Assembly (NCBI GenBank): GCA_002269645.1
Contig: NIVC01000215.1
Coordinates: 496,001-560,000, forward strand
DNA length: 64,000 nucleotides
From: Macrostomum lignano
Taxonomy: Eukaryota
Direction of reading: 5' to 3'
The notes beneath the pieces were generated by a model that was not told the DNA's origin, did no database searches, and was given only the letters and a program-made list of their open reading frames with translations. Below, piece after piece: positions 38,300 through 50,883 of the stretch. Position numbers and translations under genes: made by a program. Each line of letters opens with the position of its first letter. Position 1 is the stretch's first letter.

Positions 38300-38870
38300 A
38301 TGCACCGGACGACCTATCGGAATTTTTCAAGACGTCCTCTGTGATGCCAGCAAAAGATGGGCTCGCGACCTTCCAGTTCGTTCTGGTGCTTGACTGAGCG
38401 CTGCGGATTACTCCTACCAACGACGACGGCTTTCTGCTGCGGCGACGCGTGGATCTGCGTCCCGGACGACATCGAGGCTGCAACTTTTGTGCCGTGGCCC
38501 AGATGGACAGTCGTCGGAGCTTTCGCGTTGCCGTTGTCAGCAGTTCATCTTACCTCGACGGCGGTCTGGTTCCCGACGTCTGCGAGGATCTAAGACGTCA
38601 CGCTGCGGGACCACCAGACGGTGGCGCTGTTCCAGGCGGTAGTAGGAACCGTCCTGCTGTACGTCGCTGAGGCTTAGACGCTGACTGGACTCGCTCGAGC
38701 CTGCCGCTTGCCGCCTTCAAGATCGGCGACTAGCGAGTCACCAACGCGGCACTGTATCGTCGTGCCGGCCTGCTCCGTCCAAACGACCTGTTGCAAGCTG
38801 TCAGCGACTCCTACAGCCGGTGCAGGAGGTGCTGCTGCTGGCGCGCACTTGGCGTTTCGTTAACGGTCGT
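38300..38870 (+). mobile_element. Truncated, degenerate RTE-like non-LTR retrotransposon RT fragment
   Basis: Pieces across frameshifts: LATFQFVLVLD*ALR, CQQF..GGLVPDV, ALFQAVVGTVLLY.AEA*TLT, AAFKI..VTNAALYRRAGL. These match the order of RTE-clade RT motifs from my knowledge of the family. Confidence 0.7.
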
Positions 38871-39374
38871 TAACGGAGTGAAGTGATCTTAATTTGTACT
38901 GTACATGCTATGCCCAATGCTATTCTCTAGTCTAATGCAAACCTTGGAAGGTTTTTCTATCTGGAAAGTACAGCACATGCTTGTGCGGCAGTAAAGATCC
39001 TTAATATTGCGTGAAGCAAACACCAATAAAATGAATTATAGAAATCATATATATACTACTAGCGATCCAGAGTTAACATCCAACACCGCCTAGACTCAAA
39101 AGACTGCCAAGGAAACCTCTTCCTTTGAATCCAGCCCTAAACTCCAATATCCCGACCTAGCTAAGACACTGTCTGGACACACGTCAAGATCGAAGTACAC
39201 CAGTATTGATAAGTAGCCTCCTCGTTGCACTGGATTGTTTTAATACAATTGCGTGCTTAATATCGATTTGAAACTGTACCCATCAGCGAAGTAGAAATAA
39301 AACATCCGTGTTGAGGGTTAAAGATCAAGAAAACCCTATCGAACCTTTGATTTATTTAATTGAGATTGGAAAAA

Positions 39375-40255
39375 ATCGTCAGATATAGAGGCAATTATGG
39401 ATTGATTATAGAGGCAATTATGAATTGTTTATTGGGGAAAATATGGATTGATTATTTGAGCAATTATGGATTGATTATTAGAGCAATTATGGATTGAATA
39501 TCGGGGTAAATATGGATTGATTATCGGGGCAATTATGGATTGATTATCGGGGCAATTATGGATAGAATATCGGGGCAATTATGGATAGAATATCGGGGCA
39601 ATTATGGATTGAATATCGGGGCAATTATGGATTGATTATTGGAGCAATTATGAATTGAATATCGGGGCAATTATGGATTGATTATCGGGGTAAATATGGA
39701 TTGATTGTCGGGGCAATTATGGATTGATTATTGGAGCAATTATGAATTGAATATCGGGGCAATTATGGATTGATTATCGGGGTAAATATGGATTGATTAT
39801 CGGGGCAATTATGGATTGATTATTGGAGCAATTATGAATTGAATATCGGGGCAATTATGGATTGATTATCGGGGTAAATATGGATTGATTATTGGGGCAA
39901 TTATGGATTGATTATCGGGGCAATTATGGATTGAATATCGAGGCAATTATGGATTGATTATTGGAGCAATTATGGATTGAATATCGGGGAAATTATGGAT
40001 TGAATATCGGGGAAATTATGGATTGAATATCGAGGCAATTATGGATTGATTATTGGAGCAATTATGGATTGAATATCGGGGAAATTATGGATTGAATATC
40101 GGGGAAATTATGGATTGATTATCGAGGCAATTATGGATTGAATATCGGGGAAATTATGGATTGATTATTGGAGCAATTATGGATTGATTATCGGGATAAT
40201 TATGGATTGAATGTTAGGGCATTAATGGATTGATTATTGAAGCAATTATGTATTA
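39375..40255. repeat. 23-bp minisatellite (ggggcaattatggattgattatc) upstream of LIPT1
   Basis: About 38 tandem units with patterned variants. Confidence 0.93.
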
Positions 40256-40337
40256 AATTGTTTTTGATTTGATTTATTTTTATTTATTAGTATTTTATTC
40301 CAAACCTTTCAGCTTCGACCTGAATTAATAATAATAA

Positions 40338-42609
40338 ATGCCTACTTTGGCAGCCGCCACTCGCACCAGCCCCAAATTGTTGGGCGAACTAAAAATTATT
40401 CAATCAGCCAGTCGGGATATATTCTGGAATCTCGCACTCGAAGACGCTCTATTTCGTCGTCAAAAAGAACAATCGAAACTATCTAAGCCGGACTGTTGTT
40501 TGTTAATCTATCGCAATAAGCCCTGTGTTGTTATTGGATCGTTTCAAAATCCTTGGTTAGAGTGCGGAGTTCGCGACGCCGAAGAGCAGGCCGTGTCAGT
40601 TGCTCGCCGGTTCTCAGGCGGCGGCACCGTATATCACGATTTGGGCAATTGGAATCTGTCGTTAATAACGCCTTCGGCTTGGTATAAACGAGAGGCTAAT
40701 GCTGAATTTATGAGGCGACTGTGTGGGAGACTGGCTGGGCCCGGTAATCAGGTACGGTAGTTATGCGGATGACTTGAAAAGGCTATCTCTATCCACAAAC
40801 TTAACACCTAGATCGGCTGTAACTTCTCTCTTCACCCACAGATCGGCTGTAACTTCTCTCTTCACCCACAGATCGGCTGTAACTTCTCTCTTCACCCACA
40901 GATCGGCTGTAACTTCTCTCTTGACCCACAGATTGGCTGTCAATCAAACTTCTTGACCCACAGATTGGCTGTCACCTCTCTCTTGATCCACAGATTGGCT
41001 GTCACCTCTCTCTTAACCCACAGATTGGCTGTCACCTCTCTCTTGACCCTCAGATTGGCTGTCACCTCTCTCTTAACCCATAGATTGGCTGTCACCTCTC
41101 TCTTGACCCACAGATTGGCTGTCACCTCTCTCTTGACCCACAGATTGGCTGTCACCTCTCTCTTGACCCATAGATTGGCTGTCAATCAATCTTCTTGACC
41201 CACTGATTGGCTGTCACCTCTCTCTTAACCCACAGATTGGCTGTCAATCAATCTTCTTGACCCACAGATTGGCTGTCAATCAATCTTCTTGACCCACTGA
41301 TTGGCTGTCACCTCTCTCTTAACCCACAGATTGGCTGTCAATCAATCTTCTTGACCCACAGATTGGCTGTCAATCAATCTTCTTGACCCACAGATTGGCT
41401 GTCACCTCTCTCTTGACCCACAGATTGGCTGTCAATCAATCTTCTTGACCCACAGATTGGCTGTCACCTCTCTCTTGACCCTCAGATTGGCTGTCACCTC
41501 TCTCTTGACCCTCAGATTGGCTGTCACCTCTCTCTTGACCCACAGATTGGCTGTCACCTCTCTCTTGACCCTCAGATTGGCTGTCACCTCTCTCTTGACC
41601 CTCAGATTGGCTGTCACCTCTCTCTTGACCCTCAGATTGGCTGTCACCTCTCTCTTGACCCTCAGATTGGCTGTCACCTCTCTCTTGACCCTCAGATTGG
41701 CTGTCACCTCTCTCTTGACCCTCAGATTGGTGGTCCTCTCCAATCCACAGATTAGTTGGCTCTTTCACCCTCTTCTTTTAACGCTCAGATTATCTGTACC
41801 TCTCTCCTATCATCGGGTTGTGTTTCCTAAAATTGATCTACTCTAAACATTGCAGGTGACAGTGGGCCAGCGCTTCGACATATTCAACAACAACTATAAA
41901 GTCGCTGGTTCGGCAGCCAAATTAGCACAGGGCGCCGCTTATCATCATTTCTGCTTGTTGATGTCGACCGATCTGACCAGACTGTCGGCTTGCTTGCGTC
42001 CGTCTATCCGGGAACAGGTTGTCACCAATGCCACCTCTAGTATACGCAGTCCAGTTGCTAATATAGTTAATCCGTCCGTGTCCTCAAAACTGCTGCTTGC
42101 CGCTGTCACGGACGAACTAGCGCACGCGTCTGATTTCGGACATCCGGCCGGAGCGGCCGCTACTATCAGCGTTGGCGCTCTGGACGTGTGTCCGGAAAAT
42201 GTGGCTTCCAGTGTGCCGGGAGTGTCTGCGCTGTCTCTCCAGGAGAGTGCAGACCGGCTGCGCTCCTGGGACTGGGTGTTTGGCAGGACGCCAAAGTTTC
42301 AATGCCAGCTGCCGTCGCCCTGTTCCATGACTTTGACGGTAAATGGTTTGGAGGAATGCTTCGGCGTCTGATACTCAAGCTAGTGTTATTTACTTTTGAC
42401 CTCCACTTTATCTGATCTTCATCCCGCGACAGATTGACAAGGGTCACATCGCAGATCTGTCAGACTGTCGCCTTCGCTCTTTCTTAGTCGGCCAGCCGTT
42501 CCGTGCCTCCGTCCTGCTGCCCTATGTGGATTGCTTTCGCCAAACTGGCCTGCTGGATGGCGCCGTGCTGGACCAGCTTGAGCGATTCTTTGCTAGGCTG
42601 GGTCACTGA
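40338..42609 (+). CDS. LIPT1: Lipoyltransferase 1 / lipoate-protein ligase A family, 357 aa
   Basis: Exons 40338-40751, 41856-42338 and 42433-42609, all phase 0. Motifs NLALED, PCVVIGSFQNPWLE, RRFSGGGTVYHDLGN, KVAGSA, HHFCLL. Confidence 0.9.
40805..41745. repeat. 30-bp minisatellite (cacagattggctgtcacctctctcttgacc) in LIPT1 intron 1
   Basis: Tandem units with occasional shorter caatcaatcttc variants. Confidence 0.93.
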
Positions 42610-42774
42610 TTCTACAGGCTCTGGACGGACTATTGAGCATAAAGTTGCACGCCATTATCTGTTTCTAGCCTTCTATTGCACTTGCTAGCTGTTTTAGTCA
42701 GTAGAAAACTTTTTTTAATTTCTGCTTATGAATATGTTGCAATGATGTAACTTTCTGATAAGTAATTCACTCTC

Positions 42775-44159
42775 TGTGTCTTAGTGTCTGTCTTAGTGTC
42801 TGTCTTAGTGTCTGTCTGTCTTAGTGTCTGTCTTAGTGTCTGTCTGTCTTAGTGTCTGTCTGTCTTAGTGTCTGTCTGTCTTAGTGTCTGTCTGTCTTAG
42901 TGTCTGTCTGTCTTAGTGTCTGTCTTAGTGTCTGTCTTAGTGTCTGTCTTAGTGTCTGTCTGTCTTAGTGTCTGTCTTAGTGTCTGTCTTAGTGTCTGTC
43001 TGTCTTAGTGTCTGTCTTAGTGTCTGTCTGTCTTAGTGTCTGTCTGTCTTAGTGTCTGTCTGTCTTAGTGTCTGTCTGTCTTAGTGTCTGTCTTAGTGTC
43101 TGTCTGTCTTAGTGTCTGTCTTAGTGTCTGTCTGTCTTAGTGTCTGTCTTAGTGTCTGTCTTAGTGTCTGTCTGTCTTAGTGTCTGTCTTAGTGTCTGTC
43201 TGTCTTAGTGTCTGTCTGTCTTAGTGTCTGTCTGTCTTAGTGTCTGTCTTAGTGTCTGTCTGTCTTAGTGTCTGTCTTAGTGTCTGTCTTAGTGTCTGTC
43301 TGTCTTAGTGTCTGTCTTAGTGTCTGTCTGTCTTAGTGTCTGTCTTAGTGTCTGTCTGTCTTAGTGTCTGTCTTAGTGTCTGTCTGTCTTAGTGTCTGTC
43401 TGTCTTAGTGTCTGTCTGTCTTAGTGTCTGTCTTAGTGTCTGTCTTAGTGTCTGTCTGTCTTAGTGTCTGTCTCAGTGTCTGTCTTAGTGTCTGTCTGTC
43501 TTAGTGTCTGTCTGTCTTAGTGTCTGTCTGTCTTAGTGTCTGTCTGTCTTAGTGTCTGTCTGTCTTAGTGTCTGTCTGTCTTAGTGTCTGTCTGTCTTAG
43601 TGTCTGTCTTAGTGTCTGTCTTAGTGTCTGTCTGTCTTAGTGTCTGTCTTAGTGTCTGTCTATCTTAGTGTCTGTCTTAGTGTCTGTCTTAGTGTCTGTC
43701 TGTCTTAGTGTCTGTCTTAGTGTCTGTCTGTCTTAGTGTCTGTCTGTCTTAGTGTCTGTCTGTCTTAGTGTCTGTCTTAGTGTCTGTCTGTCTTAGTGTC
43801 TGTCTTAGTGTCTGTCTTAGTGTCTGTCTGTCTTAGTGTCTGTCTTAGTGTCTGTCTGTCTTAGTGTCTGTCTTAGTGTCTGTCTGTCTTAGTGTCTGTC
43901 TGTCTGTCTGTCTGTCTTAGTGTCTGTCTGTCTTAGTGTCTGTCTTAGTGTCTGTCTTAGTGTCTGTCTTAGTGTCTGTCTTAGTGTCTGTCTTAGTGTC
44001 TGTCTGTCTTAGTGTCTGTCTCAGTGTCTGTCTTAGTGTCTGTCTGTCTTAGTGTCTGTCTGTCTGTTGTTTGTCAGTCAGTCAGTCTGTCTGTCTGTGT
44101 CTTAGTGTCTATTTGTTAGTCCGTCTGTCTGTCTGTCTGAGTGTTTGTCTTTGTTTCTA

Positions 44160-44198
<39 letters not shown>

Positions 44199-44240
44199 TT
44201 CTGTCTGTCTGTCTGTCTGTCTGTCTTTCTGTCTGTCTGT
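42775..44240. repeat. 12/16-bp satellite (TTAGTGTCTGTC[TGTC])n grading into (TCTG)n
   Basis: Occupies most of the LIPT1-REXO4 intergenic region. Confidence 0.95.
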
Positions 44241-44787
44241 CCTCATGCGTTCTTTCATTTTATTCCTTATTGCGTTTTATCTACTATAGGTTATGTATGG
44301 TATTGATTCTATAATATATTGTTATGCATTACTTAGTCGTCTTCCTTTTTAGAAAGAAAGCGATAGTGTTAAAATTAATCTGTACTTTTATTAATATTGC
44401 ACGCTAATTTCAACTCTGCTTTTATGTTTCAATGTCATGTGCAGCACATTCGTACTTTCACTTACTAAGAAAGCGGCTATCATTAGTGGAAATTGTATCA
44501 AAATCTTTATGTATAATGTTCTTGCATTTCGATAGCTGCGTTTATTTAATTAACATGCGCTCATATGACATCGTATTATTTATAAATAGAAAACCAGACT
44601 TCATTTCATGAGTTGCGGAAGTTTATTGTGCTGTTGTATTCTGAGCTCATTTTATTTCGGTTGTTTATTAATCGTATTTGACTGGAAAAGTTTGAAAACA
44701 GAACAATTTGACTTTCCTAGCTTTTTTAGTCTAATTTTACAACGGCAACAGCCTAAATTTTCAATTTTAACGCTTTCAGAACTGCCA

Positions 44788-46325
44788 ATGGGTAAGCAGC
44801 GCAAACGACGCGACAACCAGGCTGCTGACAGTCACGCAAAGGGTCGCAGATTTTTTCGTCACCACAAGAAGCTCAGTCAGCAGAAGCAGCAACAGCAGCA
44901 GCAGCGAACTTGTATCAGCTTTTTTGCCGATAGTCGGCCAAACATTCGTCGACAGAATGCCATCGGGGCCAAATCAGTGGACGACGCCATCAAGAAGGCG
45001 GCTATCGTTAATGAACTTCTTGGCGATAAGAGTGCCGGAGGCTCTGTCGGTGGCGCTGCCGTGGCGCTGTCGCTGGCTAAACCCGGCGCAACCGCTGAAG
45101 TGACTCGCCGATTGGCGCTGGACTGCGAGTTTGTTGGTTGCGGATATCAGGGCAAGGACAACATGCTAGCCAGGTGGGTCGGGGTGCCTTCAGAGCTGAC
45201 GTTGCTTAGTAAAGCTATTTTCAATCTCGCAATCGCTACGTGCTTTTAAGGTCGTTTAGAAATACGATCATTAATCACTCAACCGATGCGTGTTTTTCAA
45301 GGTAATTTAGAAACACGATCGTTAATCACGCAACCGATGCGTGTTTTTCAAGGCCGTTTAGAAATACGATCGTTAATCACGCAACCGATGCGTGTTTTTC
45401 AAGGCCGTTTAGAAATACGATCATTAATCACTCAACCGATGCGTGTTTTTCAAGGCCGTTTAGAAATACGATCGTTAATCACTCAACCGATGCGTGCTTT
45501 ACAAGGTCGTTTAGAAACACGATCATTAATCACTCCACCGATGCGTGTTTTTCAAGGTCGTTTAGAAACAAGATCATTAATCACACAACCGATGCGTGCT
45601 TTCAAGTTGGTTTAGAAACACGATCGTTAATCACGCAAGCGATGCATGCTTTTCAAAACATGATCGTTAATCACGCGAGCCATGCATGTTTTTACAGGTC
45701 GTTTCAGTATCAAGCATTGATGCTCTGTAGCAGTGTCATTATTATTAAGATTTTCGTCCTGAACAAATATAGCCTACATAAAATGACCTATTTTCTACCG
45801 TTCCGCAGAGTATCTATTGTGAACCAGTTTGGCACCGTATTGCTAGACAAGTTCGTTCAGCCTACAGAGCCCGTGACCGACTATCGTACCCGAGTCAGCG
45901 GCATCACAGCCCGACTGTTGCAGTCCCGCGGCGAGCCATTCTCCGAGGTGCATGCCTCGGTTGCGCAACTATTGCGCAATCGAATTCTAATTGGTCACGC
46001 GGTGAAAAACGATTTGAAAGCTTTAAGATTGGATCATCCCAAGGCTGACACGCGCGACACGCAGACTTATCGACCGTTCCGGGCGTTGTTCAACGGCGGC
46101 CGGCCAGGACTGAAGGCGCTCACGGAGCGGCTGCTTGGACGGCGCATCCAGACAGGTCGTCACGACTCGGTGACGGATGCTCAGGCCACCATGCGGCTGT
46201 ACACGCTAGTGAAACGACGCTGGGAAGCCGAGTTGAAGGCTAATAAAGCCGGTAAAAAATTGGCGGCCACCTCGACTGGGGCTAAAAAGTTGCAAGATAC
46301 TACTGGCGATGATGACGATGAGTAG
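44788..46325 (+). CDS. REXO4: RNA exonuclease 4 (DEDDh family), 300 aa
   Basis: Exons 44788-45173 and 45809-46325 (903 nt). Motifs LALDCEFVG..LAR|VSIVN, VTDYRT.VSGI, LIGHAVKNDL, RDTQTY, HDSVTDAQATMRLY. Confidence 0.93.
45240..45660. repeat. 51-bp minisatellite in the REXO4 intron
   Basis: aaccgatgcg recurs at 45281 and 45332; about 8 copies. Confidence 0.9.
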
Positions 46326-47948
46326 TGAGATTGGAAGATTTTTGTTTACAATGCAAATTTTAAGTGTAATTATCAACCATTTAAAAGTTGTATTTCTGTT
46401 ATTTTGCTGTGCTAATAACATTTTGCATGTATGTAAAAAAATCAGTCAATAAATGCATTACTTCACGCATGGTTATTCCAACCGCCTGTGTGCTTTTGAA
46501 GCTTGTCTGTCAAAAATCACGTGGACCGTTTAACCTTGAAATTTGTAAAGCTTTAATTTCATTTGGATTCTTTAAAGTACGAGAAATTTCCCTAAACCTT
46601 AATTATTAATTTTTGTCAGAGTTATCAAATGGGGATTTTGTCCACTTGGCAATAAAAAGAGAATGGACTTACTGACCCAGATTGACATTTCGAATCTCAG
46701 TTTTGACAGTGGCTAATGTGGTCTTTTTGGAACTCTTTCTCGAAATGTGAGTCTGTCGAGCACCAATTCTAACAATTCTATCGTATAGTGACTCAGTTCG
46801 GTTATTTCAACTTGGCAAAACTTTTTAGATGTTTATCCCGAAAAATGTGCATTATGCTACTAAAAATAGGCTATAGGGATGTTCGTGTAGTAATTTAAAA
46901 TTCGCTTCATGCGCAGCGTGTTAAAGCTGCTATCCCGATGTTTCACTCTTGTGAAGCGATCCCTTACAGAAGCTGCGAGATTGCGATTGCGACATCAATT
47001 GAAGAAGCGTAGCTATGTATGATCCAGTGGCTTACGCAGGAATTTTATTTCGCGCAAATATTTGGTGTCTGGTGGGCGCTTCTTTCTCTTGGTTGCCAAC
47101 CCTGATTGGTTGCTTGCTTTCACAATCGCGAAACTTCACAACCGCTAAAACCGCTGAGCCTATATCATGCTAAGAAGTACTTACTAGAGAATGAGGACTT
47201 GAAACTCCCTGTTTAGAAGGCCGAATTTAAATTGGTACCAGACTCAGTGCAAAGTGATATGGGCGTCATTTTTAGCTATACTCGTAGAGTAGTATCAAAA
47301 CGTCGTACGAGTATTGATAAAGACGCTATAATTTTTTACTCAATATGCCAGATTTAAGTTATTAAAAACTGTAAGTCGGCTGTAAAAAATCGGCCTTCTA
47401 AACAGGAGTTTCACATCCTCCTTCTCTAGTAGTCCTTAGCCTGATACTGGCTCAGCGGTGCTTTGCTTGTTCTCCACTATCCCAAATCCAATTTTCGTCG
47501 CGTTTTTTCCAAACCCACAGGCACAGCGCCACCCACCCCAACGCCACACACCCACCCCCCCCAGGAGTGGAGCCAAGCAACCCCCTCTCAGCCAATCGCA
47601 AACGCCGGTTAGCCCACGCCGTGCAAGTCGGCTAGGCAAACCGGTCATAATCTTTTATCTGATCATATAATGTTATCATATCATACCATTATCGGAAAGG
47701 AACATGCTACATGCAGTTTCGTCAATTTCAATAAATATAGGAACTAGGAAGAATAGGAAGACTTCAATTGTTAGGCCTCAAAATACGCGTTTTTACATGT
47801 AATTCTGCCTGCAGTTATCAAACGTATTGTATCGGTGAAACTGAGAATTTATTTATAAATGATTTTTTATTACACTATGATTTCTTATAAATGACAATTA
47901 CAAGTGTATTAGCTTAAGTCAACCTGATGAAGCGCCGCGGTCCATAGA

Positions 47949-50883
47949 TCAGAGTAGCCCCATCAGATTGAGCAGCTCTTTGCCTCTGGCAGACAGCAGG
48001 GCGTTTCGAAACTCCTGATGGTTGAGCTTGTCTTTGCGACCCTGGAAATTTTGTGCACCGAGGTAGAAGCTCTGGGTATGCTCTTGGATGAAGTTGATGA
48101 GGAGAAGGTTAAGGTGACTCAAGGACGGGAAGACGGAGAGCAAGTGCGAAACCGACATTTTACCTCAGCCAGGTCGGCAAAGACGGTCTTCATGTTGGTT
48201 AAACTGGCCCGTTTAGCCAGTTTAATCCTGGCAGCAGCATCAACCGCTTTGTGCAGCTCTTCATAGCTGATCTTGTCGTCCTTGTCAAAGTCTACCATCC
48301 GGAAAATGTCTGCAAGGGTTTAGTAATATGGATTGTGATATTTATATCTCTGATACTCGTATAATATATAGTAGAAATACAGGATACAACAGGATTAAAG
48401 TGAGCTTAACGGTTGGATTAGCTTAGCGAGCAAGAGAGAAAAATGGTGGCGCTCCAGCCACCCCCAGCCAGCCCGATAAACAGTTGGCTTTCCTCTTGCC
48501 CCCCCCCCTCGTCTGACTTTGCCCTCTCTCCTTACTGCTCTCTCATTGGTTGAGCTAGGTTGGGCCTGCCCTAGGCTGAGTTTCGTCTGTCTAACTTTGA
48601 CCTCTCCTCTTACTGCTCTCTTATTGGCTGAGCTAGATTGGGCCTGCCCCCTAGCTGAGCTTCGTCCCTCTATCTCTCCTTACTGCTCTCTTATTGGCTG
48701 TGCTAGATTGGGCCTGCCCCCTAGGCTGAGCTTCGTCCGTCTTGCGTTCACCTCTGTACGGGCTACATCGAGTTAAATGTTCACTTTTAACTCAATATGC
48801 TCTTGAGTTCACAAACCCCAAGTAAGGCAAGGTAATTTTAGCTGCCACATTAAATTTAAATGTAAGTGACTGCGCAGACAAACTACTGAATAAAAAGTAG
48901 AAACTCTGCTTTTTACCGATTTAATTACGAGTGAAATGCAAGTTCATATAGTTATTCAAGCATATGTGGTATGTTAGGAGCAGGATTCGTTTGTACGAGC
49001 TATTTCAACTCTGATATAAAAGACACTCACTTTCAATTTTCTCGTCGTTGGTCAGCTTGGAATGGTAGATCATTGCGACGGAGAATTCGTAGAAATCGAT
49101 CACCTGATTGCCGTCCAGGTCTAGCATGTTAAACACAGTGTTCCAGGCTTCTCTTCTCTCTCTGGAGTCAAAAAAAGGTTATGTGAGCGGAAAGTTATCT
49201 CTCTATTTATCGATTCATTGGAATTTCCATAGAACTTTCCGTTTTTCTCGAAGTTCCATTAGACTGGTAAGTCAATTACCTTAAGTACATGTACAACACA
49301 CGTGTAGTTAATAACCTTAAAAACTCACTTGCTAATCTCGCCCATTCGACTGACAAATTGATGAAATTCCTCTCTAGTTATTGTGGTACCGCAGCCAAGT
49401 TCCACGAATGATTTAAGTAGATCTTTCGTTGTGCTGGAAGACACTGCAAGAGTGGAGTGACGTCATAGAATGTGATTATAGGTAGCTACCCAGAGAGTTA
49501 GGCGTTCGCGTTAAAACAAAAAAATCTTAACGGAAAATCGTTAAACTGCATTAATCCGATACGTTGCCTTGAAAAAGTCTTTTTAATTTTCTATCAAACC
49601 GTTGTAAAAGTCTCTTTAAGACTGATTTACGATTTAATTATTTGATTTGCTCATTTCGTCAAGAAAATGCAAATTATATGGCGCCCTGGAGGGCGGCTCT
49701 TGGATAGCAACGGCGCCAGCGTCACTGACTATGCATGCCCGCCCTGGAGGGTGGTTCTTGGATAGCAACGGTGCCAGCGTCACTGACTATGCATTCCCGC
49801 CCTGGAGGGCGGCTCTTGGATAGCAACGGCGCCAGCGTCACTGACTATGCATGCCCGCCCTGGAGGGCGGCTCTTGGATAGCAGCGGCGCCAGCGTCACT
49901 GACTATGCATGCCCGCCCTGGAGGGCGGTTCTTGGATAGCAACGGCGCCAGCGTCACTGACTATGCATGCCCGCCCTGGAGGGCGGCTCTTGGATAGCAG
50001 CGGCGCCAGCGTCACTGACTATGCATGCCCGCCCTGGAGGGCGGTTCTTGGATAGCAACGGCGCCTGCGTCACTGACTATGCATGCCCGCCCTGGAGGGC
50101 GGCTCTTGGATAGCAACGGCGCCAGCGTCACTGACTATGCATGCCCGCCCTGGAGGGCGGTTCTTGGATAGCAACGGCGCCAGCGTCACTGACTATGCAT
50201 GCCCGCCCTGGAGGGCGGCTCTTGGATAGCAGCGGCGCCAGCGTCACTGACTATGCATGCCCGCCCTGGAGGGCGGCTCTTGGATAGCAACGGCGCCAGC
50301 GTCACTGACTATGCATGCCCTATTCACTACAACTAATTTTCTTGTCTTTTTATCCGCAGACTTTTTTGATGGTTGTATAATTATCAATATTTATTGTAAG
50401 AAAACTTAAAACTTCTTCATATAATTTTGCGCAGATTTTTTATAATTTCATTTATAAAATTGACAACAAAGAATTGTTTTCAACTTACAATTAAGCTTCT
50501 TGCTAACTCGTTCCACATCATCCTTTGATACGTTGGTGCCCATGGTTTTCTATTACGTAGCTATAACTCTACGTCAAGCTAGCTAATACCTGGAAAATGT
50601 TAGGGCTCGAGTTTTCAAATTTTCGAAAGCCACAGGGTAGCTAAAAAATAGAACAGCACATAAACAAGCGACCATTCCAGCTGCAAGTATTTAAATGCAG
50701 ACCAGAATTTGCACAGAGACCTGAGACAGCTTCTATCGGGAGCTGTACGCGCAAACAAAAGTAGAGAGGATAGAGGTGACAGAGAGCTAGAGAGAAACAG
50801 AGCACGAGGAGCATTGCTGTACTTGTGTTGCAGATGCACATGTGTTCATTTGGTGAGCCGAAGTCAAGCCTCAGCTCACCCAT
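47949..50883 (-). CDS. EF-hand calcium-binding protein, NCS/calcineurin-B-like, ~162 aa
   Basis: Exons 50883-50880 (ATGG|gtgagc, tentative), 49443-49329, 49161-49031, 48309-48164 and 48041-47949, with consistent phases. EF loops DLDGNQVIDFYEF and DFDKDDKISYEEL. Confidence 0.75.
49680..50320. repeat. 58-bp GC-rich minisatellite with internal hairpin
   Basis: Unit gcccgccctggagggcggctcttggatagcaacggcgccagcgtcactgactatgcat, about 11 copies. Confidence 0.93.
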
